Assembly: GCA_050949565.1 (NCBI GenBank)
Contig: JBMNFY010000017.1
Coordinates: 512,001-576,000 of the forward strand
Length of the DNA stretch: 64,000 bases
Direction: 5' to 3'
DNA from: Kiritimatiellia bacterium
GTDB lineage: Bacteria; Verrucomicrobiota; Kiritimatiellia; RFP12; UBA1067
Shown here piece after piece: positions 46,637-55,492 of the stretch. How positions within the stretch are numbered: the first letter of the stretch is position 1; each line of letters opens with the position of its first letter. The notes beneath the pieces were generated by a model. It made no database searches and was not told where the DNA came from. It saw only the letters and a program-made list of their open reading frames with translations. A program made the translations under genes and the position numbers.

Positions 46637-47063
46637 AACCATGAAACACATGAAACTTCATGAAAGTTTTTTTGAGGGCATTGCTCGGGTTTGTTTAACC
46701 ACAGAGAACACAGAGAGCACAGAGTTTTTTGAGGGGGCGGGGCTGGCCGCAAATTTATTGCGACCACCTAGTGGTCGCAATGATGAGTGTAAAAGCACTG
46801 CTCGGTTGTTTCACGCGAAGGCGCGAAGACGCGAAGGTTGGAGGGCGAGTGTCCCCACGAGCCGCCTTCCGCTGAGCGGAAGGATGGGAGGGACGAGCGT
46901 CGCTCGTCCGCGGGCAAGCAGACGCTTGCCCCTCCCTGCGCTTCGCAAGCCAGATGACACGAGATGGAGGGCGGCATCTGGGTGGCGCACAAAATTGAAT
47001 TGGGGTGCGGGCTCCGCTAAAAAGGAGTTCTTGATTTCATGAAGTTTCATGTGTTTCATGGTT
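46637..47063. mobile_element. Non-coding 427-bp element with the GxxExxY-type terminal inverted repeats (copy A)
   Basis: Forward motif 46637-46665 and reverse motif 47035-47063; interior is a mosaic of other repeats. Confidence 0.8.
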
Positions 47064-47120
47064 AAAAAAGTCCTCCCTCTAATCGGGATTGGAACGAAAA
47101 ATGTGACGAAAGGATATGTG

Positions 47121-48272
47121 ATGAAAAAAACACTTGTTGTTTCGACTGTTAGCCTCTTGTTTGCTGCGGCTGCTTTCTGCCAGCCGCCTAAGGCCCCGCC
47201 ACCGGAGCATGCCGGTCCGCCGCTGCCGCGTCATGCAGTCACCAACCGCGCTTTCACTGGCATCTCCAGCCTGGCGGTCGCACCCAACGGTCGGCTCTGG
47301 GTAACCTGGTATGCCGGCCACACGCCGGGCGAGGACCGCAATAACTATGTGGTGCTCGCTACCAGCGGTGATGGTGGCGCGACTTGGAAGGAACTGCTCA
47401 CTGTGGACCCCGACGGCGGGGGGCAACGTCGCACCTTCGATCCCGAAGTGTGGATTGCGCCGGATGGTCGGCTACGCTGGATATGGAGCGACCGTACCAT
47501 GCCGCACAGCGGTGTGTCGTCCGACGCGATCTGGATGATCGTGCTCGACGATCCCGCGTCGGAAAGCACTGCATGGCACCCGCCGGTATATGTCACGCAG
47601 GGCGTGATGATGTGCAAGCCCATCGTGCTCTCTTCAGGCGAGTGGGCGCTGCCGGTCTGTACGTGGTATTCGGAGAACAGTTCGAAAATGGTGGTCTCCA
47701 CTGACAACGGCAAGACGTGGTCGGTGCGCGGCGGCGCGAACATGCCTAGGGAAGACCGCTGTTTTGACGAGCACATGTTTGTGGAACGCAAGGACGGCTC
47801 GATCTGGTGTCTGTCGCGCGCCAAATCCGGCATCCGCGAGGCGGTCTCGACCGACCGTGGCGCAACATGGTCGCCGCTGGAGCCGTCGCCGATCCAGCAC
47901 CCGTCGGCACGCTTCTTCATCACGCGGCTGCTCTCCGGCAACCTGCTGCTTGTGAAGCACGGTCCGATTGAAAGGAAGACCGGTCGTTCGCATCTCATGG
48001 CCTTTGTGTCGAAGGACGATGGCCGGAGATGGGAGGGCGGCCTGATGCTCGATGAGCGGAACGGTGTCTCCTATCCCGACGGCCAGCAGGCGGCGGACGG
48101 CACGATCTACATCACATACGATTTTGACCGTATCGGCAAACGCCATATCCTCTTCTCCACCTTCCGCGAGGAGGACGTGCTGGCCGGCAAGCCGGTTTCC
48201 GGCGCGGTACGTCTGCGCCAGATCGTGAGCGAGGGATCGGGTGGTGTCAAACGGTCTGAGGCCGCTAAATGA
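47121..48272 (+). CDS. BNR/Asp-box sialidase-family (GH33-like) protein
   Basis: Signal peptide; Asp boxes SGDGGATW, STDNGKTW, STDRGATW, SKDDGRRW; VSYPD. Confidence 0.87.
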   Translation: MKKTLVVSTVSLLFAAAAFCQPPKAPPPEHAGPPLPRHAVTNRAFTGISSLAVAPNGRLWVTWYAGHTPGEDRNNYVVLATSGDGGATWKELLTVDPDGGGQRRTFDPEVWIAPDGRLRWIWSDRTMPHSGVSSDAIWMIVLDDPASESTAWHPPVYVTQGVMMCKPIVLSSGEWALPVCTWYSENSSKMVVSTDNGKTWSVRGGANMPREDRCFDEHMFVERKDGSIWCLSRAKSGIREAVSTDRGATWSPLEPSPIQHPSARFFITRLLSGNLLLVKHGPIERKTGRSHLMAFVSKDDGRRWEGGLMLDERNGVSYPDGQQAADGTIYITYDFDRIGKRHILFSTFREEDVLAGKPVSGAVRLRQIVSEGSGGVKRSEAAK

Positions 48273-48699
48273 AACCATGAAACACATGAAACTTCATGAA
48301 AGTTTTTTTGAGGGCATTGCTCGGGTTTGTTTAACCACAGAGAACACAGAGAGCACAGAGTTTTTTGAGGGGGCGGGGCTGGCCGCAAATTTATTGCGAC
48401 CACCCAGTGGTCGCAATGATGAGTGTAAAAGCACTGCTCGGTTGTTTCACGCGAAGGCGCGAAGGCGCGAAGGTTGGAGGGCGAGTGTCCCCACGAGCCG
48501 CCTTCCGCTGCGCGGAAGGATGGGAGGGACGAGCGTCGCTCGTCCGCAGGCAAGCAGACGCTTGCCCCTCCCAGCGCTTCGCAAGCCAGATGACACGAGA
48601 TGGAGGGCGGCATCTGGGTGGCGCACAAAATTGAATTGGGGTGCGGGCTCCGCTAAAAAGGAGTTCTTGATTTCATGAAGTTTCATGTGTTTCATGGTT
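48273..48699. mobile_element. Non-coding 427-bp element (copy B)
   Basis: Direct repeat of copy A with about 5 substitutions seen by eye. Confidence 0.8.
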
Positions 48700-48710
48700 T
48701 AAGGAGAGGA

Positions 48711-50504
48711 ATGATGAGAGAGTTGATGATAGTCGCGACCGTAACGATCACACTGTGCGGGCTGGTACCGCTTCACGCGCGCGCTAACGCGCCGCTTGTC
48801 TCCTGCGCGTTGTTGAGCGGGCCGGGCGCGGCGCTTGAGAAGATCACCGGTGTGCATCCCGGCGTTATCGAAGAGGGGGCCACCGTGTTCACCGACCGCG
48901 CCTTCGTCTACCATCGGCCGCCCGCTGGCCTCAAGGGTATGCCTGCGTTGGTGGGATCGATCGATTGCGACGTGCCGGTCACCGTGTCCAAAGACGGCCT
49001 GCTCACCGTGCTCACGCCAGCACCGGACATCAAGGGCGCGTTCTGCTCAAATGCCCCCGAATTGGAAGCGCGCGGCTTCACATGGGTTCAGTCTCCGGCG
49101 CAGTTCCAATTGTTCGGAGAGAATCCTGTCGACACCGTGCGCATTTATCAGAAAGCCGTCACGCGCGGCGAGTCGTTCACCTTTAAGAAATGGGTCGTGC
49201 TGGCGGGTGTCGATTTCGCAGGCCAAGATTTCTTCACGCCGAACGCACGGGTGGCGCGTGTGGTCGAGGCGCTGAAGGCCGACACGACCCGTCTGGACGC
49301 AAAGCTAAACGCGCAGGACATTCTGGTCAACCGTCCCGACTATGTGGTGTTCATTCCCCGGCAGCCGCGCGACAAGACAAAGCGCGATCCCGCTCGGCCT
49401 GGCGACACCTACAACGACCACTTTCAGGTGATCGAGCACGAGGGCATGCTGTACGCCTTCTGGACGCAAGCCTCGCGCGAGGCGGATATTGACCAGCACA
49501 TCGCTTTCTCAAAAAGCGCGGACAAAGGCGAGAGCTGGAGCGAGCCCGTGGTTCTGGCCGGTTCGCCCAACAAGAAAAACCCGGCGCTGTTGGCGAGTTG
49601 GCAACAACCAATGATCAGCGCGTCGGGCCGTATCTACTGCCTGTGGAATCAACAAACCACCAGCCGCGGGCCGCACTGTGGCCAGATGTTCGGCGCGTAT
49701 TCTGATGACAAGGGAGACACATGGTCGGCACCGAAAATGATACCGCTGAAGCGCAGCATTCTGGATGATCCCGATCCATTGATACCACCGAGCTGGTGCA
49801 ACTGGCAGCGCCCGTTGCGTCTGGGCAAAGGGGGGCGTTACCTGGTGGGCGTCTCGCGGCACGGTAAACTGCCGGACGCCAAACGGGGCGGATGCTATAT
49901 TGAGTTCTTGCAGTTTGACAACATCGACGACAATCCCAAGGTCGAGGACATCCGGCTGAGCTGGTTTTCGAGCGACGAGAAGGTACTGCGCGTCAGCCAC
50001 GAAAAATTCGGCGATGCTGCAGAGGAGGTCGGTCTCGTTAAGCTGCCGGACGGTCGTCTTTTCGGCATCATGCGCACCGGCGCGGGGTACCCCTACTGGA
50101 CGCAGAGCCGTGATAACGGCGTGACCTGGACGCAGCCCCGGCCGCTCCTGGATCGCGACGGCGGCAAGCCCTATCTGCACCCGCGCTCGCCCTGTCCGAT
50201 CTACGACTGGAAGGGGTGCGAGGCCGCCAGCGGCTACTACTTTGCCCTTGTCCACAACACCTTCGACTTTGACGGCAAAAGCGAGTATCAGCATCGCGGC
50301 CCGCTCTATCTGATCGCGGGCCGGTTTAACCCAAACGCCGAGCAGCCGGTCGAGTTTGCGCCGCCGAAACTTTTCGCCGAGCGCAAGGGCGGCAACTCGT
50401 TCTACACGAGCTATACGATCATGGACGGCAAAGGCATCCTCTGGTTCCCCGACCACAAGTTTTATCTGCTCGGACGTGAGATCGGGGAGGAGTGGTTTAA
50501 GTAG
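48711..50504 (+). CDS. BNR/Asp-box sialidase-family protein with an extra N-terminal module
   Basis: Signal peptide; SADKGESWS, SDDKGDTWS, SRDNGVTWT. Confidence 0.82.
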   Translation: MMRELMIVATVTITLCGLVPLHARANAPLVSCALLSGPGAALEKITGVHPGVIEEGATVFTDRAFVYHRPPAGLKGMPALVGSIDCDVPVTVSKDGLLTVLTPAPDIKGAFCSNAPELEARGFTWVQSPAQFQLFGENPVDTVRIYQKAVTRGESFTFKKWVVLAGVDFAGQDFFTPNARVARVVEALKADTTRLDAKLNAQDILVNRPDYVVFIPRQPRDKTKRDPARPGDTYNDHFQVIEHEGMLYAFWTQASREADIDQHIAFSKSADKGESWSEPVVLAGSPNKKNPALLASWQQPMISASGRIYCLWNQQTTSRGPHCGQMFGAYSDDKGDTWSAPKMIPLKRSILDDPDPLIPPSWCNWQRPLRLGKGGRYLVGVSRHGKLPDAKRGGCYIEFLQFDNIDDNPKVEDIRLSWFSSDEKVLRVSHEKFGDAAEEVGLVKLPDGRLFGIMRTGAGYPYWTQSRDNGVTWTQPRPLLDRDGGKPYLHPRSPCPIYDWKGCEAASGYYFALVHNTFDFDGKSEYQHRGPLYLIAGRFNPNAEQPVEFAPPKLFAERKGGNSFYTSYTIMDGKGILWFPDHKFYLLGREIGEEWFK

Positions 50505-50537
50505 AGCTTAGAAAGGTGGACAGCGCGGTTGGAATGA

Positions 50538-50738
50538 GACCATGAAACACATGAAACTTCATGAAAGGTGGGGCATGGTTAGTGTATTGGTGCGTTAGTT
50601 CATCAGTGCATTAATTTGGTTCCATCGGAATCGGGATCGGGACCGAAATCGATAGAGAGTGAATAGTGGGGGGCTGTGCGGACACAAACCGCTAAAAAGG
50701 AGTTCTTGATTTCATGAAGTTTCATGTGTTTCATGGTT
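50538..50738. mobile_element. Non-coding 201-bp element with the same terminal inverted repeats
   Basis: Forward motif 50538-50566 and reverse motif 50710-50738. The right sub-terminus CCGCTAAAAAGGAGTTCTTGA is shared with the 427-bp copies. Confidence 0.8.
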
Positions 50739-50766
50739 TAGAACGGTATGAAAAAGGAGAGGAAAG

Positions 50767-52899
50767 ATGAGAGGGATGATGATAATCGCGGCCATAACGA
50801 TCATGCTGTGCGGGTTGGCACCGCTTCATGCACAGCCGCGCGATACGCCCTTGCCGGGACGCGGTGCCGCACTCTTCGTGCAAGGGATTTTTGAGCAGGA
50901 TACGTTTACCGAAGGTGCGCGACTCTTCCCGGACCGCACTTACACAGTGGCTGAAGCGCCCGCTTGGTTGCGCGGGTCGACCTTCCTGCGCGCAAGCATT
51001 GATGGCAACCTTACCGTGACGGTCAAGCAAGCCGGTGTGTTGACGGTGATTACGGCCGATCCCGCCGATCCGCTCGCCACGCATTCGCAATGCACGCGTC
51101 TGGAGGAACTGGGGTTTGTCTGGGTCAAGGCACCGGCGACCTTTCAGCTTTTCGGCAAAGCGGCTCACGACATCAGCCGCACTTATCAGAAACTGGTCGC
51201 GCAGGACGAAACGTTCAACTTTCCCAAGTGGACGGTGTTCGCCGGTTTCTCCGAGGTGACCGGGCCGCCGCTGCCGTTCGACCTTCTGCCAGAGCGCGGC
51301 GAGCGACTTTACAACGGCATCGAACTTTCAACCAACTGGCCGCCGCGCACCGTGAACACGACGAACTGGGCGCCGATGGCCGTGCCGTATCTGACCGCGC
51401 CGCCGGAGTTGATCCATATTGATGTGGGGCGGCAACTCTTTGTGGACGACTTCCTGATTGCGACCAGCACGTTGCAGCGCGTCTTCGGTATGCCTGAGAA
51501 GTACACCGGCAACCCGGTGCTGCGTCCAGAGACCGAACTGGAGTTGAACGGCATCCGGAACGCCGCAGCCGTGCCGAAGGGTGGCGGGCTCTGGTGGGAT
51601 CCCTACGAACGGCTGTTCAAGCTCTGGTATGAGGCGGGCTGGATCCACACCATTTGTTACGCCACCAGCACAAACGGTCTGCACTGGGAGCGGCCGAAGT
51701 TGGACGTGGTGCCGGACACCAATCAGGTGCTGCCGCCGGACTTGACACCAGACTCCTGGACCGTGGTGCCCGATTGGGAGGCGACCGATCCGCTGCAGCG
51801 CTATAAAATGTTTATGCGCGGGCCCGGCGGGACAATGCCCGGGGTGAGTATGACTTCGGCGGATGGCATTCACTGGGTGAATCGTGTAGTTACTGGCCAC
51901 ACCGGCGATCGTAGCACCATGTTCTATAATCCATTCCGGCGCAAATGGATCTACAGCCTGCGGAGCGGCTGGCGCGGACGGTCACGCGATTATAGGGAGA
52001 GCGACAACTTCCTGCGCGGTGCTTCTTGGAGCGCGGCGGATACCGTGCGTTGGTTGGCCGTGGATGAGAAGGACCCCAAGGATCCGAAAATCCAGCGGGT
52101 GCCGCAACTCTACAACTTTGACGCGGTAGCCTACGAGAGCATCATGCTGGGTGCATTTGAGATTCACCACGGACCGGAGAACGACGTCTGCATGAAAGTC
52201 GGTTTGCCGAAAATCACGGAGTTGAATTTCGCCTACAGCCGCGACGGGTTCCACTGGTCGCGGCCTGACCGCAGAGCGCACATCCGCGCGGAACGTTGGG
52301 GCAGCGGCAAATGGGATACCGGCTATGTGCAGTCGCTCGGCAATCTTTGCACGATTCAGGGCGACAAGCTCTGGTTCTATTACTCCGGATTTCAAGGCGA
52401 CACCAATCGCCTCAGCGGCGACTGGTTGCAGAACGGCATGTACGACAACGGTGCCATGGGCATCGCCTTCTTGCGGCGCGATGGCTTCGCGGCTATGCGG
52501 GCGGGAGACGGTGGTGGAGAACTCGTCACGCGGCCATTGCTCTTCAGCGGTGCGTGTGTGTTTGTGAATGTGGCGTGTCCACAAGGCGAGTTGCGCGTGG
52601 AGGTGCAGGATGTCGAAAGCGAGACGGCCATTCCGGGTTTTGCGCTGGCCGAGTGCCGCCCCGTCTCCGTCGACAGCACCCTGCACCGCATCACCTGGCA
52701 AGACGCCGACACCGTCAGGGCTTTGCGTGGCCGACCGGTCCGTTTCCGTTTCGCATTGTCCAACGGCGCGCTGTACGCTTTCTGGGTCAGTCGTGATGAA
52801 AGCGGTCGCAGCGACGGCTATGTAGCGGGCGGCGGACCGGGATACACCGGGCCGACTGACACGGTGGGGGCTGCCGCGTTGTTGCAAGATGAACCATGA
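50767..52899 (+). CDS. Secreted five-bladed beta-propeller glycoside hydrolase (GH32/43-like) with N-terminal module
   Basis: RQLFVDDFLI, GNPVL, FKLWY, YATSTNGLHW, SADGIHW, YSRDGFHW, LRRDGF. Stop codon lies inside the first repeat unit. Confidence 0.78.
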   Translation: MRGMMIIAAITIMLCGLAPLHAQPRDTPLPGRGAALFVQGIFEQDTFTEGARLFPDRTYTVAEAPAWLRGSTFLRASIDGNLTVTVKQAGVLTVITADPADPLATHSQCTRLEELGFVWVKAPATFQLFGKAAHDISRTYQKLVAQDETFNFPKWTVFAGFSEVTGPPLPFDLLPERGERLYNGIELSTNWPPRTVNTTNWAPMAVPYLTAPPELIHIDVGRQLFVDDFLIATSTLQRVFGMPEKYTGNPVLRPETELELNGIRNAAAVPKGGGLWWDPYERLFKLWYEAGWIHTICYATSTNGLHWERPKLDVVPDTNQVLPPDLTPDSWTVVPDWEATDPLQRYKMFMRGPGGTMPGVSMTSADGIHWVNRVVTGHTGDRSTMFYNPFRRKWIYSLRSGWRGRSRDYRESDNFLRGASWSAADTVRWLAVDEKDPKDPKIQRVPQLYNFDAVAYESIMLGAFEIHHGPENDVCMKVGLPKITELNFAYSRDGFHWSRPDRRAHIRAERWGSGKWDTGYVQSLGNLCTIQGDKLWFYYSGFQGDTNRLSGDWLQNGMYDNGAMGIAFLRRDGFAAMRAGDGGGELVTRPLLFSGACVFVNVACPQGELRVEVQDVESETAIPGFALAECRPVSVDSTLHRITWQDADTVRALRGRPVRFRFALSNGALYAFWVSRDESGRSDGYVAGGGPGYTGPTDTVGAAALLQDEP

Positions 52900-53112
52900 A
52901 ACACATGAAACTTCATGAAAAGGCGGGGTGTGGTTAGGGAACCATGAAACACATGAAACTTCATGAAAAGGCGGGGTGTGGTTAGGGAACCATGAAACAC
53001 ATGAAACTTCATGAAAAGGCGGGGTGTGGTTAGGGAACCATGAAACACATGAAACTTCATGAAAAGGCGGGGTGTGGTTAGGGAACCATGAAACACATGA
53101 AACTTCATGAAA
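52892..53112 (+). repeat. Tandem array: five 29-bp motifs separated by four identical 19-bp linkers (48-bp period)
   Basis: Motif starts at 52892, 52940, 52988, 53036 and 53084; linker AGGCGGGGTGTGGTTAGGG. Confidence 0.95.
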
Positions 53113-53122
53113 GGTGAGGGGT

Positions 53123-53509
53123 ATGAAAGAAAAGAGCGTGATGGTTTATGAAGAGGAGTGTTATCAAATACGCGGGGCCTTGTATGAGGTATATACGGTG
53201 CTCGGGACTGGTTTCTCGGAAGAGGTTTACCAAGAGGCACTGGAGAGAGAGTTTGCTGTGCGCCATATCCCGTTTGTATCACAGCAAGTCCTGCGGATTT
53301 CATACAAAGGAGAATGGCTCTCAAAGACCTACAAAGCAGATCTGGTCTGTTACGACAAAATCATTCTCGAATTGAAGGCTGTCAAAACCCTGCTTCCTGA
53401 GCACGAGGCGCAACTCCTCAATTACCTTAAAGCAACCGGAATGCGTCTAGGTTTTCTCGTCAACTTTTGTTGTTTTCCCAAGGCGGACATACGCACGTAT
53501 GTAAACTAA
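53123..53509 (+). CDS. GxxExxY family protein (PD-(D/E)XK nuclease-like), intact
   Basis: GTGFSEEVYQEAL, ADLV..KIILELKA, HEAQLLNYLKATG..GFLVNF. Reverse motif directly after the stop (53510-53538). Confidence 0.92.
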   Translation: MKEKSVMVYEEECYQIRGALYEVYTVLGTGFSEEVYQEALEREFAVRHIPFVSQQVLRISYKGEWLSKTYKADLVCYDKIILELKAVKTLLPEHEAQLLNYLKATGMRLGFLVNFCCFPKADIRTYVN

Positions 53510-53545
53510 TTTCATGAAGTTTCATGTGTTTCATGGTTGAAAAGT

Positions 53546-54796
53546 ATGAAAAAAATTAAACAACTCCTTTCGGTTCTTGGTCCCGGCATCTTTGCGATCG
53601 GTTACACGATCGGCACCGGCAGCGTCACCTCGATGGCGAAGGCCGGCAGTCAGTACGGACTGCAACTGCTCTGGGTGCTCTTCCTGATCTGTCTGTTTTC
53701 AGGTGTGCTGATGGAGGCGTACGGACGCATGGCGGCGGTGACCGGTGGCACCTCGTTGCACGCCGTGAAGCGTCATCTGCCGTTCGGCCGCACGCTGGCC
53801 ATCCTGATTCTGATCGGCGTGGCGACGGCGCAGTACACCTGTCTGGGCGGAATCTTGACGCTATCGTCCGGCGCGATCTACGAGACGCTCGCCCTTTACG
53901 TTCCCTCCTTGCCAAAGGAGAACTACGCTGCGACACTGGGCATCGCCGTGGTGCTGATCGCGTTGATGTACAGCCTGCTCATGATCGGACGCTACAGCTT
54001 CTTTGAGAAAGTGCTGGCTTTCTTTGTGATGATCATGGGAATCACCTTCTTGATCTCAATGTTCGTGGTCTGGCCGTCGCCGGAAATCCTCAAACAGGCG
54101 CTGATCCCATCAATCCCCGATGAGCCGGGCGCACTGCTGATGATTGCGGCCTTTGTGGGTACCACGATGGCGGCGCCCACATTCGTCACCCGACCGTTAC
54201 TGCTGAAAGAGAAGGGGGTGGGCGTAGCTGACCTCAAGGAACAAACGCTCGATTCCGTAGTCTCCGCGTCGCTGATGTTTTTGATCAGCGGCTCGATCAT
54301 GGTTGTCGCGGCCGGCGCGCTCTACGCGCACGGCAAGGAGATCGTCAAGATCCTCGACATGGTTCACACGCTCGAGCCGCTAGCTGGCCGATTCGCGGTC
54401 GCGCTGTTCATGACGGGGACGCTGAGCGCCGGTCTCTCTTCGATCTTCCCGATCTTGATGGTCGCCCCGCTGCTGATCTCCGACTATCGCGTGGGGCACA
54501 TGGAGCCGCGCAGCAAGACCTTCCGGGTGCTCTGTCTGGTGGCGGCGTGTGCAGGCTTGATCGTGCCGGCGCTGGGTGGCCGCAATCCGGTGGCGGTTAC
54601 GATCATGGCACAGATCTCCAATGTTTTTGTGTTGCCGCTGACTGTCGCCGTGATCTTGGTGCTGGTGAACCGGCGCGATCTGATGGGAGAGCACCGCGCC
54701 GGTCCGTTGCTGAACATCGGCTTGGCGCTGGCCGGTCTTTTCGCGTGCATCATCGCCGTGACCGGCCTGCGCGCGCTACTTGATGCATGGTTTTGA
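53546..54796 (+). CDS. NRAMP-superfamily membrane transporter (atypical)
   Basis: LGPGI..IGTGSVT..AGSQYGLQLLW, AFVGTT, about 11 hydrophobic segments, LMGEH. Confidence 0.82.
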   Translation: MKKIKQLLSVLGPGIFAIGYTIGTGSVTSMAKAGSQYGLQLLWVLFLICLFSGVLMEAYGRMAAVTGGTSLHAVKRHLPFGRTLAILILIGVATAQYTCLGGILTLSSGAIYETLALYVPSLPKENYAATLGIAVVLIALMYSLLMIGRYSFFEKVLAFFVMIMGITFLISMFVVWPSPEILKQALIPSIPDEPGALLMIAAFVGTTMAAPTFVTRPLLLKEKGVGVADLKEQTLDSVVSASLMFLISGSIMVVAAGALYAHGKEIVKILDMVHTLEPLAGRFAVALFMTGTLSAGLSSIFPILMVAPLLISDYRVGHMEPRSKTFRVLCLVAACAGLIVPALGGRNPVAVTIMAQISNVFVLPLTVAVILVLVNRRDLMGEHRAGPLLNIGLALAGLFACIIAVTGLRALLDAWF

Positions 54797-54811
54797 CCGG
54801 AAAGGTGTCGT

Positions 54812-55462
54812 ATGAAAGAGGACATTGAGAAGTTGGTACGCGAGTCGCGCATCATTGCGATCATCCGTGGTTTTAAGCCAGACATCTGCCTGAAGCTTGC
54901 TGATGCCTATGCGAGGGGTGGTATCCGGATGGTTGAAGTCACGTTCAACCAAGCGTCCCCCGAGACGTGGGCGGATACTGTCGCAGCGATTCGGGTGATC
55001 CGCGAACATTTTTTCGGAGATATCCGGGTCGGCGCGGGCACGGTTCTCACTGAAGAGCAACTGACGATGATGGAGGATGCGGGCGGCGAGTATATGGTCA
55101 CGCCGAATGTCAATCCGTCTCTCATCCGCGAGTGCGTCCGTCGCGGGTGCGCCGCGATGCCCGGGGCGCTCACGCCGAGTGAGGCTGTCGACGCTTGGGA
55201 GGCGGGCGCGAGTTTCGTGAAAATCTTCCCGGCGGGTTCACTCGGTGCAGGCTACGTCGAGGCATTAAGCACGCCGTTGTCGCATATTCCGTTTCTCGCG
55301 GTTGGCGGGGTGGGGCCTGACAATGTCAGAGACTTTATGGCGGCTGGCTGCGCTGGCGCGGGTGTCGGCGGGAACCTCACGAACAAAGAGTGGATTGCCG
55401 CAGGCGAGTGGGACAAGATTGCCGCCGTTGCTAAAACTCTGATCGACAATTCCCGTATCTAA
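54812..55462 (+). CDS. eda: KDPG/KHG aldolase
   Basis: IIAIIRG, VEVT, VGAGTVL, PGALTPSE, VKIFPA, AVGGV. Confidence 0.93.
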   Translation: MKEDIEKLVRESRIIAIIRGFKPDICLKLADAYARGGIRMVEVTFNQASPETWADTVAAIRVIREHFFGDIRVGAGTVLTEEQLTMMEDAGGEYMVTPNVNPSLIRECVRRGCAAMPGALTPSEAVDAWEAGASFVKIFPAGSLGAGYVEALSTPLSHIPFLAVGGVGPDNVRDFMAAGCAGAGVGGNLTNKEWIAAGEWDKIAAVAKTLIDNSRI

Positions 55463-55492
55463 ATCAATCCTTCAACAAAGGAGAACCAGACA

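Noticed and set aside
46641-48695. ORFs 46641-47042, 46811-47059 and 48241-48678 (MKHMKLH / MKFHVFHG type), and likewise 52818-53324
   Set aside because: They are translations of the non-coding repeats in several frames, with no protein-like features.
52892-53112. CRISPR array
   Set aside because: All four linkers are identical, the repeat also occurs singly and inverted elsewhere, and there are no cas genes in the window.
43056-53538. Classical integron or IS/composite transposon
   Set aside because: No tyrosine integrase, DDE transposase, RYYYAAC/GTTRRRY attC cores or target-site duplications were seen.
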